A stretch of 63,414 nucleotides of DNA, filler included, from Octopus bimaculoides (taxonomy: Eukaryota), in NCBI RefSeq assembly GCF_001194135.2. It is 6 parts of 6 records of this genome, joined end to end, with 100 filler letters (N's around TTAATTAATTAA, not from the genome) between each part and the next. Parts side by side here need not be neighbours in the genome. Positions count along the whole stretch, not along the records: positions 54,305 to 61,863 come from NC_068989.1; positions 61,964 to 63,414 come from NC_068983.1; 4 more parts are not named here. The stretch is one strand, 5' to 3'. How positions within the stretch are numbered: position 1 is the first letter of the stretch; each line of letters begins with the position of its first letter. This document shows positions 60,583 to 63,414 of the stretch, one piece after another. Below the pieces are notes generated by a model. It did not search any database. It had not been told where the DNA came from and saw only the letters and a program-made list of their open reading frames with translations. Position numbers and translations under genes: made by a program.

Positions 60583-61863
60583 ATCAAGACCATCGAATTA
60601 CTGATACAAGCCATTCCAAGAACTTCGACACAATTTCCATCTAACAGCTTTACTCTCACAAGGTATGGAAAATGATGCTTGCCAAGATGTCGCATGCTAT
60701 AGTGATGCTTATATTGCACTTCGAATCACTGTAATGTGCGCCATACGCCAAAACTGCATATTTATTTATGCTTGTACAGTTTAACTTTGTTAAGACAATG
60801 AAATAATAGTTAAATTATTAAAAAATAATGGAAAAAGAAGCCAGATATGATGGCATGTTGTATAAGTGCATTCAAATGAATAGGCAATGACCGGATTTCC
60901 ACAGTTCATTCATTAAACAATTACAAACTCTTGGCAATGCTTACACAAGACGTTCTAGTTTTGCAGAAGGTAGTAGCACAATGCCATATCTATTTGAAAT
61001 AATAAATAAATGATTCAAAAATCAAAATAAAAATAGACCCCCCCAAAAACCAAACGAAAGCAACTCGTAGTCTATCAATAGTATGTTTGATTTTATGGTA
61101 TATGAGTGTGTGTGTGTGTGTGTGTGTTTGTGTGTGTGTGTATTTATTTATTTACACACGCATATTCAAACACATACAAGCACATATATATATGCGTTTA
61201 TATTTATGTTTGCTTCTATATTCAGTTATAATACAAACAATTTTACATTAATCTGCTGGGTTACTCTATACTTTTATAGAGTACAAATTTATTATTCTTA
61301 TACAAGAATGTCGTTGACAGTGACTGCGAGGTCACTGTTAGCAATATTATTGTTTAAAAACGATAAATATTTATGCGTATAAATACTCTCTCCCCCACTC
61401 TCTCATTCGTATGCGCACATGGAGCTACGCTCACGATATCCTCCTTGTCTGTCTTACATATAAACAATCAAATACACATTCACACAGACATACACAAGTA
61501 CGCACATATGCACACGTATAAGTATACAAACATAAATACACACAAACATGTACACATATACATACAAACATACACACTAAAACACACAAGAACACGCCCG
61601 TTCACGCACAGAGGCACCCCCCCCCCGCACGCACACACATACACATACACACACGTAGTGTAAATCTGAACACAAAACGGTTGAAGAACATTTGTCAAAT
61701 ACGTCTTCAGGGTTATAAATTATGTCTGAAATCTTTTACTGTGACGGAATTGGTAAGAATGTCATTCTTTTGTCTCCAGTTCCTTGTTTGTGTCTTCCAC
61801 CACCTAACAACCAAAAATGTTTATTTTGTGTCTGGTTTCCATCTCCCCTACATCTTACACTTC

Positions 61864-61963
61864 NNNNNNNNNNNNNNNNNNNNNNNNNNNNNNNNNNNNN
61901 NNNNNNNTTAATTAATTAANNNNNNNNNNNNNNNNNNNNNNNNNNNNNNNNNNNNNNNNNNNN
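61864..61963. other. Artificial scaffold linker
   Basis: 44N-TTAATTAATTAA-44N. Confidence 0.97.
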
Positions 61964-62267
61964 AACACCTAAAGCTCTACGAGGCTCCGGTAGGGGATGG
62001 TGGCGAACCCTGCTGTACTCTATCTCTCACTCTTACTTCCTGTTTCTGTTGTGCCTGTAATTCAAAGGGTCAGCCTTGTCACATTATGTTACGCTGAATA
62101 TCCCCGAGAGCTACGTTAAGGGTAGACGTGTCTGTGGAATGCTCAGCCACTTGCACGTTAATTTCACGAGCAGGCTGTTCCGTTGATCGGATCGACTGGA
62201 ACCCTCGACGTCGTAAGCGACGGAGTGCCAACAACAACAACAACAATTGAATATACAAATATATGTG
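61964..62267 (+). mobile_element. Family A SINE, 3' part with (CAA)n tail
   Basis: Reverse complement of 2475-2760. Confidence 0.9.
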
Positions 62268-62650
62268 CTTGTATAATGAGTAAAAAGATTCATAGAGAGA
62301 TAAACATTGAGCTAAGCAGGTAGGTACATAGTAATGGAACAGTAGCTGCACTTAAAGAAATGCTTAGCTGGTATTTAGTCCAACGCTTATCCTAAATTTG
62401 ATATCAAACTTGGTCACACAAGTACATCTGTTTGGCAGCCGTATATCTACAGTAGAGTCCCACTGTCTGCTGGATAGAGGATAAACGGGGCGTTATAACG
62501 ATTTCCCTACAGAGATTGCATAATAATGACGTGTAATATACATGTAGAGGGGGAAAAATAGAGATAGATTCAGATAGGCCGGCAATGTGTGTGTGTGTGC
62601 GTGCGTGCGCGCGCGCCTGTGTGTGCGTAAACACATATATACATGCGTGC

Positions 62651-62715
<65 letters not shown>

Positions 62716-63414
62716 TGTGTATGTATATATATGCATGTGTGTGTATATATACATACATATATATATATAGGTATATATACATGCATATATGTACATACAT
62801 ATGTGTATATATATACGCATAAATAGGTACAGAACATCACAAAACATAAACAACATGAAATACGAAGACAAGCTTTTGTATGCGAACAACGAGAGAAACA
62901 AATGGAAAACAAGACAAGTAACNNNNNNNNNNCTTAATTCGGTTGGTCGATCTGCTACAAACATTATCGAAATCTCTCTCAAACCACAACTTGCTGTCTT
63001 AAAATAGCAAAGCAGAAAATTAAAGTATGTACTTCTTAACAAATCCGAAACACCACTAAACTGATGTGATGGATGCAGCTTGAACGCTTTTGATCCTAAA
63101 TCAGCTCTATCAAAGTTGACCGAGAAGTAAACAACAATTACAACATTCCACACCTATATTAAATGAGTTAGAACTAGTCTGAAAGTCATGGTCACATACC
63201 ATTTTATTTGGACTTAGTGTGTCGATGATTACAAGTTTTACTAGTGACCAAGGGGATACTTCCCCAGCTCAAAGTATGATCTTTGTAGAATTGTTTTTTT
63301 TTTATGCTTCTTGTTTTTACAGTAAATAAGAATCACAATGGTGAAAAAGAAAGAAAAACTGCTTGGTGTCTTATTTTTTACTTGTTTCAGTCATTAGACT
63401 ACGACCATACTGGG

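Noticed and set aside
60659-60673. 15-nt microexon candidate (ctaacag|CTTTACTCTCACAAG|gtatgg)
   Set aside because: Such motif pairs arise by chance at this length and there is no host gene evidence.

Overview
Repeat-dense, AT-rich animal genomic DNA. The SINE families and the microsatellite load resemble an octopus (coleoid cephalopod) genome, which is my recollection and not verified. The window is not continuous: five artificial 100-nt spacers (44 N + TTAATTAATTAA + 44 N) split it into six joined pieces (1-28290, 28391-32031, 32132-44071, 44172-54204, 54305-61863, 61964-63414), and there are many further N gaps. Piece 1 carries 18 in-phase GT-AG exons (1997 nt, about 665 codons) of an MROH1/HEATR7A-like gene on the + strand, incomplete at both ends. 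The rest is mostly tRNA-derived SINEs (working labels A, A', B, C, D, E), LINE relics (RTE, CR1-like, R4/Dong-like), hAT and piggyBac-like MITEs, and simple repeats. Almost all ORFs in the supplied track are microsatellite or gap artefacts. The best unexplained signals are: a near-canonical minimal type I hammerhead ribozyme (41133-41175) next to a perfect 36-bp hairpin; an R4/Dong-type RT fragment joined directly to a (TAA)n array; recurrent head-to-tail dimers of a Nin/Deu-like SINE; a paralogous empty/filled insertion site pair; and two intronic fold-back structures. No prokaryote-type system or CRISPR array is supported.
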